Origin: Marsupella aquatica
Lineage: Eukaryota > Plantae > Marchantiophyta
DNA: 64,000 bases
Assembly: GCA_973895155.1 (NCBI GenBank)
Contig: OZ316896.1
Coordinates: forward strand, 15,810,576 to 15,874,575
Direction of reading: 5' to 3'
Made by a program: the position numbers and the translations under genes. The notes under the pieces were generated by a model. That model saw only the letters and a list, made by a program, of their open reading frames with translations. It ran no database searches and was not told the origin of the DNA. Positions within the stretch are counted from its first letter, which is position 1; every line of letters begins with the position of its first letter. Shown here piece by piece: positions 1 through 12,548 of this stretch.

Positions 1-3000
1 ATTCGCACTTTTTACAACCTGCAAAGACCACCATAGCAGAATCGAACACAGAATCAGATATAAATAGATACAAACTAACAACATGCCCTTCGACCAAACT
101 TTCAAAAACTAATTGCTCCCTGGACTTCAAAGGAAATTACAAGCTGGACCTCGATCACAGGTATTCGGAAACTCATCATCATTCCATGCAACTTCACTGC
201 TGCTCAAGCTGTTAATAGCCCTTTCAAATGTAAGCACATGAGATCAACAAATCCAACCAAAAGAACACAGAGCTTCATACTTTGCAGAAGCATTTAGTTA
301 GCTAAACTCTGCCTCCTCGCCCAGGAAAGTTCAATTACTCAAAACCTTTCATCAACCGTTCCAAGGAAGCGGGCGTAAATATTTAGGTTGATCCATCCTT
401 ATCTTTCACAAGAAAACTAGACAAAGATCTCTCTACAACTGAGATTACAGACCGATGACAAGAACGTCTTTGATCATGTATCGTAACTTCATATATCGGT
501 CCTGCGGTTAATAAAATCGAGCTTCCAAAATCCATCCATGACATCGCCGGATATTTTGACTAATGCATCTAAAACACACAAAGTTTGACAATTGATCAAT
601 ACCCTGGTCCATTCCAGTTCATTCAGGACATATGCAAATCATTTTTGAGGCCTAGAGACAAGAACTGGAGATCTCCATTTTAGAAAACCGAGACTTGTTA
701 AGAATCTTGAGCAGATATTTACCTTCCCACCTTCATCTGCACTGAACGTGGCCATGAGAGTCAAGCTCAAGGACTCGAGCGAAATGTCTTCCGCGAATCC
801 ACTCCACACTGTGACCACAAGAGTACCGGGATCTCCTTCTTCAAGTTCCAGAGGAGGTCCTCCCTTGGATGTGAAAGTGATGAGCGCAGATACGTCTAAG
901 GATACAGGAGACTGTAGTCCACTGTGAGCCAGCCTCACAATTTCAGACTGCAAACCCTGCCGCTCTTTTAAGGACAGCAATCCCCTATCCAATGATAACA
1001 GCTTCATACAAGAAGAAAGGTATCCAGCCCAGTCACCCAATCGCTTTTGGCAATCAGAGAGACGTGGGAGGACCTCGGCTAGTAAAGCATTCCAGCGCTC
1101 TCCCGCATAAAGAGCACAAACCTTCTCATACAGTTTGGCTGCTGAATCTAAATTCCCGCGTCTGTAGTACACAGCTGCAACTTCTCCATCTAGCACAACC
1201 CCGTGACGTTTGCGCCAGGAACGGTGGTAATTATCTGCTGCAGCTCTAGTGAGCTCCATGTACATTTCCTACAGAATATACAGCACTTATGCGTAAGGCT
1301 GATAGGGCTGTCAAGCAAAACTTATTAACTGGACATGTGGCACATGGACTAAAAGAAGACGGCTAGTTAAACAAGGGGGATACCTGGTTAATAACTTTGA
1401 GTTCAAACAGAAAATAGTGTAAGAATACGGACATCAACTACTAAAATGCTTAAAGCCTTACCTCAAATCCGTCAACAGAGGAAAGTGTTTTGTGTAGATA
1501 TTCATCCGTTAACGTCGCCAGCAAAGCATCCTCTGCAGCTGCTTGTATTTCACCTAGCCTCATGGGATGGTCTATTGCACCCCAAGACGTAGCTGTAGTA
1601 AGTCCTCCAACTGCTGGGCTTCCTGGCCGTCCAGGACTCGCAGGAATTCCAGATCCACTTCCTGGCCGTGGTGAAGATAACCCCATAGCTCCATCTACAG
1701 CTGCACTACCATTAGTCGCCACCTTCATACTACTGGACCGACTAATAGGAGCTCCATCCTCCCCAGCAAATGAATCTGACCTCCGGAAGCTGTCACAGTG
1801 CAGAGACAATGTTTGACTTTGGTTAGGTAACAGCATAAGTGCAAAATGTCAAGGAATAGGCATTTCCTACCGAATGGAAGGACTCTATATTACGTGCAAG
1901 CAAGATGTGACTACAACCTTATGAGGCATACAGATATCAACAAACCTATCCAAGGACTCAGTACACGAAGCAAAGCATTCAACTATATCCATGGACACAT
2001 TTTATCCTGCTATTTCCCCTGCCAAGTAACATAACATATGCTGAATTACTTTACCTTCCTTTAAAGCTATTGCTTGATTCTAGGACATCTGAGAAGCTGC
2101 CAGAAGACAGAGAGGCTCGTCTGCGATTAGCGTCACGTAGAAGGCTGCTGGGGGCCAAAGGAAGCTCCTTCCGTGTGCTACCCAGCAGTTCTGGTTTGTC
2201 TGACGCAGCCTGATGCCATCTTGCAGTAATTAACATGTAAGGACATCGATAGATTGAAATAAGCTTCTGTCATCAAGCCTCATCTAAATGCAAGCTGACA
2301 AACAAGTTACCAAGAAAAACTTCTCAGAATCTATGACATACCCTTTCTGAAGCCATTCAGAAGCATTTTAAACAGCTTAATCGAATCAAAATATTTTCTC
2401 TCTACCTAACACAGAACACCTCCTAGACAATTCAATAATACAATCATGTGATATTCCACAAATAAAATTAGATACTGTAAGTTTGTTTCAACGAATGACC
2501 ACACAGTAAATCAAAGTCATAGACTGTTACCCAGCTCCAGGTAATTGGCTTATGTGATTGAATTATTGACATGTCTACAGCCCTCATACTCACCAAAAGC
2601 AACAATCACAAAAATGAACCACCTTTCAGTTCCTCCATCACACGTCCCCAATGACGGTCACGCCGTTCCCGGCCACAATTTTATCTAAGAGGTTGAACTC
2701 CGGTAAAACCACAGATAGACAAATTAAGTTAAAGAACCAGTCTAAGCTACTCATTAGTCAAAGAGCCTTACTTGTTGCTTCGCTAGAATGCGTGCAGTAG
2801 CATCTGCTGCAACAGGAGGCCAGACTGCTGGCTTCGGCCATGGCGACATGCTCAATGCTGCACTGTACAAGTTATCAATTCTTACTCAGAGCAGATTTCG
2901 TCATGCGTTACGACATTCCCTAACTAACCGCAGCGGAAGAACATAATTTCGTACGAGATTCTTTAGATTTTAGAAAAGTCTGATTCAGTCATGCTCAAGA

Positions 3001-6000
3001 CACAAGGTAACGACACGATGATATTGATTTGCACGTAAGACTAATCAACATGTCCTTATAGTGCTTCAAGTAGGATACCTGTTACAAGGTGTTTTCTCTA
3101 TCCTTGATCCGTATCCAATCAAGTCCCCTAATCTCATCAACTGCCAAAAGAAATGCAGACAAGGTGATATCCATCAGAGACTAAATGATACCATGGCCGC
3201 TGCAGAGCTCATAAGACCGCGTTTGATTGCTAAATACTTTGGACAATAGAAACCTTACACTAACATTAAGCTGTTCGAATGGAGTCGAGAACGTTTGTCC
3301 CTTCGATTCCCAGAACAATGGGAGTAGATGTACAAAAACATTCAAAGATTGGCAGATTGTCAGTCAAGAGGAGAAACCTTAGACCGTGCATATGAATACA
3401 GATCTCCCAGTAGACGATAGAAGTCTTTTTCCACGTCAGGTGACACGGAATGAGGACGGAATCGATCTGCTGTTGCCTTCACTGTTGTCAAACATGCTGT
3501 GAGCACCCAGATTTCGCGGAGACAGAAAGGCAACCTTCTCTGTCCACGCAACGCAACAACAAGGTTCAAAGAGAGGTACAGGGTGGACATCCAGCACAAG
3601 ATTGATGGCAATGAATTCCACTTATTTTGCTAGTTAAAGAAGGTTCTCTTGCTTATTTGATGCAGACACGTGGCAACAGAAAGATCACTGTACTTTAATC
3701 CAAAAGAATACAGAAGTGCCCATGAGTTCCTACTATCCCAATTTGGATTATCAACGCCAAGCTATGGGCCAGGTTCTGAACATAAAGCTACCTCATATTG
3801 CAAGAGGGTTCTCGAAAATATGATGATGAAGGGAAAACTCCTTGCAGCCACTTCAGCTGGACGATTTAGATGGAACAGCAGCTGCAATAGACAATGGGAG
3901 AAGTCCGAATTGGTAACACTCCGGTACTTGTCATACAGCTTTCAAGACATAAACTCTCAAGCCAACACCATAATAAAACCCACAGATGATAAACTAGTCA
4001 CTCAGATTGCAAATTTGCAACCCGTAAAGAAGGCAATCCACTGCACATTACGAGGAGTTTGCCTCTACTCTATGCAGCTCGAGTTGATAATGTCCTACTG
4101 TGATAATTCTTCTAAAGCTCTTCTACCTTAAGCAAACTACAGAACACTCACCCGCGACGAACATTCTGATCGATGGAAACTTCGAGTGGTTACCAAACGA
4201 AAGCAAGAGAGGCACAAAGTCTGAGTTGAGGGCCAGCATTATATCATGAGAAACAAACAAAACCATATCAAGCGCGCACAACGCAAATGTCAGAAAGAAC
4301 TATACCAATGCCTGACGAGCAAACAGATACTGGCGGAAGTCGAATTCTCTCACGGAATCCTCCAGCAGAAATTGAGGCAATGGCTTCCGGGTAGAATCCA
4401 AGATGGCCGCCTTCTCATCACCAAGATCCGTGCCACCAAATTCCTTGGCCTTTGAATGAGGAGCGTTCACTGTCAAGCAGCAAGAAAAACTGACTATGAG
4501 CGATTGAGCTGATTCAGCAATCAAAATTAAGACAATTGTATACTGAATAATCACCACTACGAATCAGACCCGACTCACAAAGATGTATTACGATGGATTA
4601 CGACAACAATAGATAAAAGAACTAACTTTGAATGTCCTAAGTACTCCCACAATGTACCCCGTTTGCCATGGGCTGTCTTTGCAGGTAGTTCTCCTGGTTA
4701 GTACTTGCTCACCTATCTCCAAATAAATTTGCTCCACTTCATCGTACTCCCGCAATGCATCCTCAGTCAAATGTGCCATTTCAAACATGATGGCTAGACT
4801 TTCCTGATAGGTAGGTTTGACATGAGCAACCAAATCGAAATACAGCTGATACTGGCAAATTTCATTGACATCGATAACATATTCAAGCCATACCGTAGAA
4901 TGCGAGAAGAGAGCATCTATCCCTCTCCCAAACAATTACCACAATATGAAGTAGTATCCTAAGCCATACACGGGACAACCGGAATTTACGTTCTTGTCTA
5001 ATTTGATACCCTGATCAACACAATTGGAGGTGAGCCACAGACCATCGGAGCATCAACTCCCTGGTTCCTTCGACTAGGAGAGGTAATGTGTTTCAATTAG
5101 TAAATGGCCATTAAAGCACATTTGGTCATAAGGAATGCCACTGTGCGTAGCACCTACTTCCTCTCATAGTAAAATCCAGCTCAAGAAACCCAATCATAAC
5201 AAGAAACAGAGCAGTTGAGCAATTTCGAAGGACGCCATCACAATTATTAGAGTTGCGTAAATACCTTGACGACGAAGAAGTTGGAGAAGTTCCATGCAGG
5301 CATGAATCTGTATTCCAAATGTCTCCTCACTTCTTCTTCGTAAAATTGGACACGTCGGTCAAGTGTATTCCGTATGCATTCCAACACTTTGTTGTCAATG
5401 TCATCCCATACAGAAGGATCCGAAATATGGGTCTCCAGTTTGCAGCACCTGCACTCAAAACAGATGCGCCAGATATGACTCCGTAACAGATTGCGACTGC
5501 CACTGCCATGCCAGTGGTGAATTCTAGACTGAAAAGACGATCTAACGAACCTAATCTCCAGATCACTAATCTCGCTATCCCCATCCTCTCGGCTCCCTTC
5601 TATGATAACTTAAGAGTGACGAAGAGATTGACACCTTTCTCGCTTTTTGGAGTTGAAGTCAGCTTCGAGCCTATAGTATGCCTTCTTGACGAGTTTTGTA
5701 GATGCTTCGTTGACAGGAGGCTTAGAAACAAATACAATAAACCATTCATGGTCTTCATTTTGCGTGATTTGTTTCAGCCGTGGCTTCAGCAAATTCTTGT
5801 ACTCATCAAGATCCTGAGAAATATAAACGTCAGGAAAATAAAATAATATCCCATGCCCATATGAAACGGCACATTGCTGGAAAAGGCATCTTGGCGAAAA
5901 CTTTCGCCAACATGATTTCTGCACACTCCCTAAACACAAACAGTAGTTTAATCTGTTGGATACCCTAACGACTTTGAAGGAAAAATTTATCAGGAAATTC

Positions 6001-7485
6001 TTGCAGCTGTTTTATTCACAGTACATCACAATAAGAAATATCTGCAGTAAATTGAGCAACCCCTGGAGATAATTAGAAACCTCTCAGGAGAGAGTTCGCA
6101 CTTTTTACAATATCTTGACGCAACCAATCAGTACAACTAGTCGCAACCAATCAGTACAACTAGTCGCAAACAAGAAACTGCGCCTTTAGTACGCTCTCCC
6201 ATTTGTTAACTTAAAAGCAGATCAAGAAATCGCATCGAAAGGTACCCTTCTTCAGAACAGACTTACCTCGCAAGTGACAAGAACTAAATTTGCATACGGA
6301 TGGCGGAACCAAAAGGGTGACTGTTCCAATGCCGTTCGCCCACGGAGACGGGCATCTGTCGTGAGTATATACTCAACTGGCAATTTTTCAACCAATACTG
6401 GATTCCGTGCTTTGTTGTTCAGAATGGCCCTTTTGAAAGGTGACCGGCCTTCCAAACCCTCCCTTACAATTGGCCACAACTCACAAACATCCTCAACTGC
6501 GAATCAAAACACATTGAATTATATATCCTTAATGCTAAAAGAATCGTGAACATTTCCTAATTCATTCTTTTACGATGATAAGGGATGACCCATGCTAGCA
6601 AAAACAACTCCCCGTAAGAAAAACTGATACGACCTTCGCTACATTGGCATGTACAAGTCCAGTCTAACAATGCGCACAGGGGAGATTCGCGGCTGCCTAT
6701 AACCTTATCCAAGCACGACAGTAGAGTTACACCAATGCCGGAAACCGTACCGGACATAGGCCACGATGTTACCCCTCCACTACCGCACAAATGAACTCTC
6801 GGTAGGCAGCTACTTTTACCGAATGTGTACACTCTTCAATTTGAGCTTAACGCCATGCAGAGAGAACCATACAAGGTGGAAAGGGGCTTTCTGAGGATAC
6901 CATACACAGGTAGGAGCCGCAAGCATGGAAAACAATCCTAAAGAGTGAGGCCCATTGAACAAAAGGTAGGGACAGCTCCGGCGACGGAGATCTGAGCGGA
7001 TGTAGAAAAGGCAAAGGCCGACCGATTGAACAACGACGTTAAACGGCATATGCCAGTTGCAGAACTCTGCTTATTGTGTGCTTTAATGTACAAGACTTAA
7101 GCTCGCGGTCTACACCTGCACTGGGCGAAAGCGCTCAGCAATCCTGAACACGAAATGAGAATAACCGATTTACGGAGAATGTGAGCACAGCTGACTACAC
7201 TCCGAACGAGTCAGCGTCCCAGCTGATTGTGTGACGCGTATCAAGAACGGATCCTCTAATTTATAAACACTGCATTCGACCGATACGTAATAACTGACAC
7301 CTAAAGGCGAAGACACCGGTGAGCTAACCTGGCCCCGCATTCCTCAGTCTGAAGCCAGAGCAGGGGACATTAATTATAGATTTCAGTATTGGATGAGAGA
7401 GGAGCAGCAGCAGGCACACACCGGAAATGATGAGGCGATCCGATGCCTTTTTTACCATCTGAATCGGAGATAAGGGACTGGCCAT
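1..7485 (-). CDS. TRAPPC10: Trafficking protein particle complex II subunit 10 (TRS130/CLUB-like), 5' part; gene continues beyond the left edge
   Basis: Hand-traced GT-AG exons with consistent phases: 7422-7485, 6267-6496, 5635-5813, 5265-5448, 4713-4803, 4306-4469, 3792-3881, 3378-3539, 3079-3140, 2772-2862, 2055-2209, 1462-1789, 723-1268, 1-18. The translation includes MASPLSPIQMVKKASDRLIISVEDVCELWP, FWFRHPYANLVLVTCEDLDEYK, EFDFRQYLFARQ and YHRSWRKRHGVVLDGEVA, which match plant TRS130. Confidence 0.95.
6120..6168. repeat. Perfect 23-bp tandem duplication in a TRAPPC10 intron
   Basis: GCAACCAATCAGTACAACTAGTC occurs twice in tandem. Confidence 0.9.
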
Positions 7486-7904
7486 TTTGACTCCTCCTGC
7501 CTACTACTTGGCTCCTCCATCCTCTACAACACCTCTGCCACGTTTCCTCCTCGCTCGGCCTTGCTGCTCGTCATCATCTCACAGTTGCTTGCAAATTCAG
7601 CAGCCGAAACGGACCTTCCACCCATGAATGATCAGTGCACCAGCAAAATCTAGGCTGGTGGGGTGACCACTTCGCACTCGGGTCTGGTCCGATCGGATCG
7701 GATCTGATCTGATCGCATCTACCGTACCACCGATGGATCGACCACCTCCACCTGCCTCTACTACGCTCGCTTGCTTGCTTGCTCCGAATCCGGGAAACGG
7801 GCTCATCAACCAACCTCCCTCCCTCACAACACGAACACTTCCATTCCGTTCAGTCCATCGACCATCCGATCCAAGCAAGCAATTAATTCAATCACATCGA
7901 CACG

Positions 7905-7912
7905 AAACCCTA
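7905..7912 (+). promoter_or_regulatory. Telo-box (AAACCCTA) upstream of TRAPPC10
   Basis: Exact motif about 420 bp upstream of the ATG; function is inferred only. Confidence 0.35.
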
Positions 7913-8552
7913 TATTTCGTAACTCTCTCCTTCTCCAGCAATTGCCCGCGTGCTTTTCCTGCTCGACTGCTTTTTGCCCTGAATAACTCTCCAGTTGCCT
8001 GCATTCCTGCAGTGAACTGGACCGGAAAGGAAATGAAGCGAGAAGTACCAGACCGCTGGGGCCCCCACCTCTCTACGACTGTCACCAAAATCGTGTCACG
8101 GTACAGGAGCACAATACTGTCCGAGTCCGACAGTCCGTGAAAATCGGATCCCAGAGTGCAATACTTCAATTCAGTTCAGTACTTCAGTTCTCAGGCTTCA
8201 TCAGTCTGTGTCCATGCATTGCGCCTTCGACGCATTCATAAGCAGTAGTGCGCTGCGCCCTCTTCCTTCTCCAATCTCCAGTGCAGTGGTGTTCTCTGGC
8301 ATACCGTAGTCTCGTCAAAGTGTGGCTTCAATGCGGTAGAAGTGTAGAGGACAGTGTAGAGTAGAGTAGTTATTACGGGACATGATGGTGATGATGATCT
8401 GACCTCCGATTCGGCACCTTGATTCCCTCCATCGACGTTTCTACTGCGTTCCACGCTCGATCTACTGTACTACGTAACTTACAGTAGATTCGTTGAAATG
8501 ATTCACTGAGTAAGTTGCTTTATCTCGTGTACCAGTATCATCTTTATCGCTT

Positions 8553-8682
8553 GTTTTTGGGGGTTCGCATTTCTATGTTTCTGGGGGTTCGCATTTACCC
8601 TCTCCTTTTGAGTTTTTTGGGGTTTGCATTTACCCCTCTTCGTTTGCGTTTTTTGGGGTTCGCATTTACCCTCTTCTTTTGA
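8553..8682. repeat. Minisatellite, 4 copies of GGGGTT(C/T)GCATTT(ACCC) with T-rich linkers
   Basis: The core recurs at about 8560, 8584, 8619 and 8655. Confidence 0.85.
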
Positions 8683-9255
8683 GCTGGTGTTTGTCCTCTC
8701 TCTCTACCTCTTTTGCTTTTTTTCTCCACTTTATTTTGTTTGGCCATTTTCAGTGATTTGATCATTTTCATCAATCTGGATTGCTTTCAACTTTCAAGGT
8801 TTGAACTGATGTGAAAGACTTGAAGGGCCCTCCAAAGGAAAAATAAACTCCTAGAAGGCTTTTTATTTTGAAAGAGACTTGTTGCAGCCCTTTGCCTTAG
8901 CTATTGACATTAAACACCGTAAGCTTAGGAAATAAAGGTTTGAGGAGGACTTAAAGAAGGAGGAGTCCACATCCCAAAGTATCAATTCTCTCTCTCATTC
9001 ACTATAATTGGCAAAAATTCCATGACATTTGCTGAAGGGGTGAATGTGCACTATATTGAAAACTAGATGTAGTGGGGAATTAGAGCCCTAGCGATGGAAG
9101 ATAAAAAAAAACCCTTAGAGGGTGCAAAAGTAATCTAGAGTCTGAATTATACAAAGCGGTGCACCCTTTTAAGGCGCATTAAAGTAAAAATACATGCCAA
9201 CAGTCCTTAATACAAAACATTGAAAAGTGGATTGCCCATATAGCAGTGTCAAAAT

Positions 9256-9349
9256 CCCTACAAGGTCACCATGGGAAGTCTCTGCTGCAGACCCTAAACA
9301 TTCCCTACAAGGTCACCGTGGGAAGTCTCTGCTGCAGACCCTAAACATT
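9256..9349. repeat. 47-bp tandem duplication within a TE-like relic
   Basis: CCCTACAAGGTCACC(A/G)TGGGAAGTCTCTGCTGCAGACCCTAAACATT occurs twice. Confidence 0.9.
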
Positions 9350-10962
9350 GCTGCACTCACGAGCCAGTTAATACAGCAGCAGCGCGACCATGGTGCTTGC
9401 AACTGGGAAGTGGATGCGGCTCCACAGGGGGTACTCAGGGGTTGCAGGGACCGGGGGTAGCAACCTCCTTTTGAAACAAGGGTCCTCGCCAGGGTTTTCT
9501 TTTCCTGCTGGGGCCCCAAGTCTTTCATTGGTCTGAACTGCTCTTCCACAAAATCAGGCAAGGTTACATGAGAATAAGAAAGTTCGTTGGGGAAGGGAAG
9601 GGGGAGCAAATCCTCCCTGTGCAAGTGGGTAGCCCAAGGAGGCCAAGATACTCTAGGGTAAATTATTTTTTGTTTTTACTCGTGAATCCTGCCAAGGGGG
9701 GGCCATCAGATACCCACCAGGGTGGAAAGCCTGCAAGAAGGCAACAGCCAGAGAGCACAATGAGAAACACCAGGGCCTATCAGGGGCTACAACTAAGGGC
9801 AAATAAATTACAGGAGCCTGAGTTAGGGATGCCCTGGGGAGGGTGATCTAATTTCTAAGATTTTGTAAGCAAGCAATTTTGCAAGTGTAAGTTCATTTTT
9901 TCTTGTTGGTTTTGCCATTTTCCATGACTTAGGGATGAGTCTGGCAGTTAAAGGGAGTGGGCAAGGGCTGGAGGGGGAATTATGCCCTGTAGAAATAGAA
10001 ATAGGAAGAAAAACCAAAAAAACAGGGATTTACACTTTCCCCATTGTGTGGGCTATATTAAAATATTAATGGCAGCCAATGGAAAATCAAAAGTAAATAT
10101 GATTAATGTTTGACAAATCTAAAAAATGGCTGCTCATAAACATTAGAGTATCACAATGTTGTGCAGACTGAGTCATTGCCATAGGGTTGGCTTAGAATTA
10201 TTTTATTGCCACCAACTTTTAATTTGTCCTTGGTTTAAATTAATTAGTAGATTCTTACTCACAGGTAAAGGTTCCCACTCACTTCAAGGTACCCATGCAG
10301 ATCAAGTCTTCAAGTTTCTTAGAATTGGTTTTGTCCACAAGAAGGCGTAGCTTCAATTTTTAGTTGACCTAGTTCAAATATCTGTCTGATAGTGACTGAG
10401 ATAGCACAATCTTGCAGCATGGTAGCTGAGGACAAGGTAGGATGCTGCATGGAGGCTTATATGGGCTGGCAAGCTTTTGCTAAAGTGTTGTGGTGGTTAG
10501 TGGCTTTGTTTTTTACGGACTATTTAGGTAGATGCTTCATGGAGAGCTTTCGCTAAAAGTGTTGTGGTTTTTATTGACTTTGTTTTTTTATAGAAATACT
10601 AAGGAAATACTTCCATTAGTACAACACAGAACTCAAATAAGACAATTGAAAACTGCCCATTCTGAGTAGGGTATGTGGCTGGTCAGCAGTGTCAATTATT
10701 TCAACAGTAGTACCATGGTGAGGAAGACTGTTTCGCTGGGGAGGGTGACTGTGGCGGTAAGACACAAGGGAGTGAGAAGGTTTTTTGTTCATTTGCCTCC
10801 CTTTTCGATCTCTCTCCTCCCCCCCTTTTCTCTCCCAGATCGAGCCCCAGATGTAGGTTAGGGATGCAAAGTGTTTATGGCTTTCTCCTTCCCTCCCCAA
10901 CACCAATACCCCCCATAATCAGCAAGCCAGGCCCTCGACCTTGGCCTCCCTCTTTGATGCTT

Positions 10963-11478
10963 GGAGAGGGGTGTTAGATATTTACTCTTAGGTTTACAGT
11001 AACTATTGTAACCATAGTTAGGCTAACAGTAGTTGTACTCTTGGTTAGATTAGCCCTGCTATGTACTATAAACAAGAAGTGTTAGCTTGTGGAAGAGTAA
11101 CTCAAGCTCATTGTTATGAACTCACTTGAGAAATGAGGAGATTGCCTGCTATGGAGATTTGGTATGGCCAATGGGTCTATAGTGCTCTAAAGATCTTGAG
11201 TGTTCTTGTGCGCGTAGCCTCATCAGAGGCAAGCCAACAAGAAGTGTTAGCTTGTGAAGGAGTAACTCAAGTTCATTCTTATGAAATCACTTGAGAAATG
11301 AGAATAGTGCTTGCTATGGAGATTTGGTATGGCCAATGGGTCTACAGTGCTGTAAAGATCTTGGGTGTTCTTGTGCACGTAGCCTCATCAGAGGCGAGCC
11401 ATGTATCTCTTGTTGTTGACTACTTATTCATTGGTTGGTCGCTTGTACATGTTCTTGCAAGTTGAGTCTTTGCTCTTA
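10963..11478 (+). mobile_element. LTR retrotransposon remnant: polypurine tract plus 3' LTR, with an internal ~165-bp tandem duplication
   Basis: The purine run GGAGAGGGG (10963-10971) is directly followed by TGTTAG at 10972. A TATAAA lies near 11067, and 11071-11235 is repeated at 11236-11400. No clear terminal CA or TSD. Confidence 0.55.
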
Positions 11479-12548
11479 AAGGGGAGGCCATTGCACAGCA
11501 AGGCCGCATGCCGGAGGTGTGGGGCAGCCAGGTGTGTACAGGGTGAGGAGGGGAGTTTGTCCAATCTGGTAATCATGAAAAAATTGGTTGAAGGCCAGGA
11601 TGCAGCCAGGTGTGTGTGGGGGGGTTGGGTGGGGGGAAGGGGTGCGAATTTGTCAGATCCAATAATCATGAAAAAATAGGTTGAAGGGCCAGGATCAAGT
11701 CCCGCCCAAAACTCATTATTTCATTCGCAAACTGAACAGGAAAGTCGCTCGATTGCTTATTATAGTGGTTTGATTTGATGTACGGAGTGTCTATAATCCA
11801 AATAAGCTCTCATGGAAGTGGAGGTCTTGTGTGGCTAGATACGACTCACCTCAATCCTCCACGACTTTCTGATAAGCCTCTGAGTTGTAAGTGCCGAGTT
11901 GTTAATATATCATAGAATGTCAATGACGCATTCCAGGCATGACTAGCGCAATCTTGGCTCCGGCTCGAGATAGAAGTTTGTGGACCCAACAGACACTTCG
12001 TAACTTTTATTCAAACGATTTCTACGTTGAATAGCGACACTCATAGAGTTAGAGATTGATGCCATCAATCATTCAAATGCCTCTTGATGACCTTCACTGC
12101 CATTGAAGCCAGAAAGTGAATTACTGCGGCTCAAAACAAAAGTTCCTGACTGCTAGAGTAAAAAATGAAGGCTCCCACTCCGCCTGATAACATGCTAACT
12201 ACAATTCCATATAAAATCTAGGCCTCGCTGTGCATGACTGGGTTGCTGAGTTCTCTTTGTCTGTTTCTATGAATGTTGCGCCATGCGCTACGCGTTAATT
12301 TAATTTGCAACGACCTGGACCTCCTAATTGAGGATCCAGCTACATCTATCCACCAGAGATGTCCTGCTATGTCAAAGAGCCCTTGTCAATTGCCATCTGA
12401 GAGAGACTAAAGCTCTTCCTTGGAAAGAGAGACTAAAGCTCTTAAAGATCGATTTCAGCCGAATGAAAATGTACGATCGTTGAAGCGCAAAGATCCAGAA
12501 TCATTTGCTCGTTTGTTGCAGGAGTTTGTACTCCCGGCTATCAATGCT

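Noticed and set aside
8553-8682. CRISPR-like repeat-spacer pattern
   Set aside because: Repeats are short and degenerate, the linkers are related T-rich sequences, there are no cas genes, and the context is eukaryotic. It is a minisatellite.
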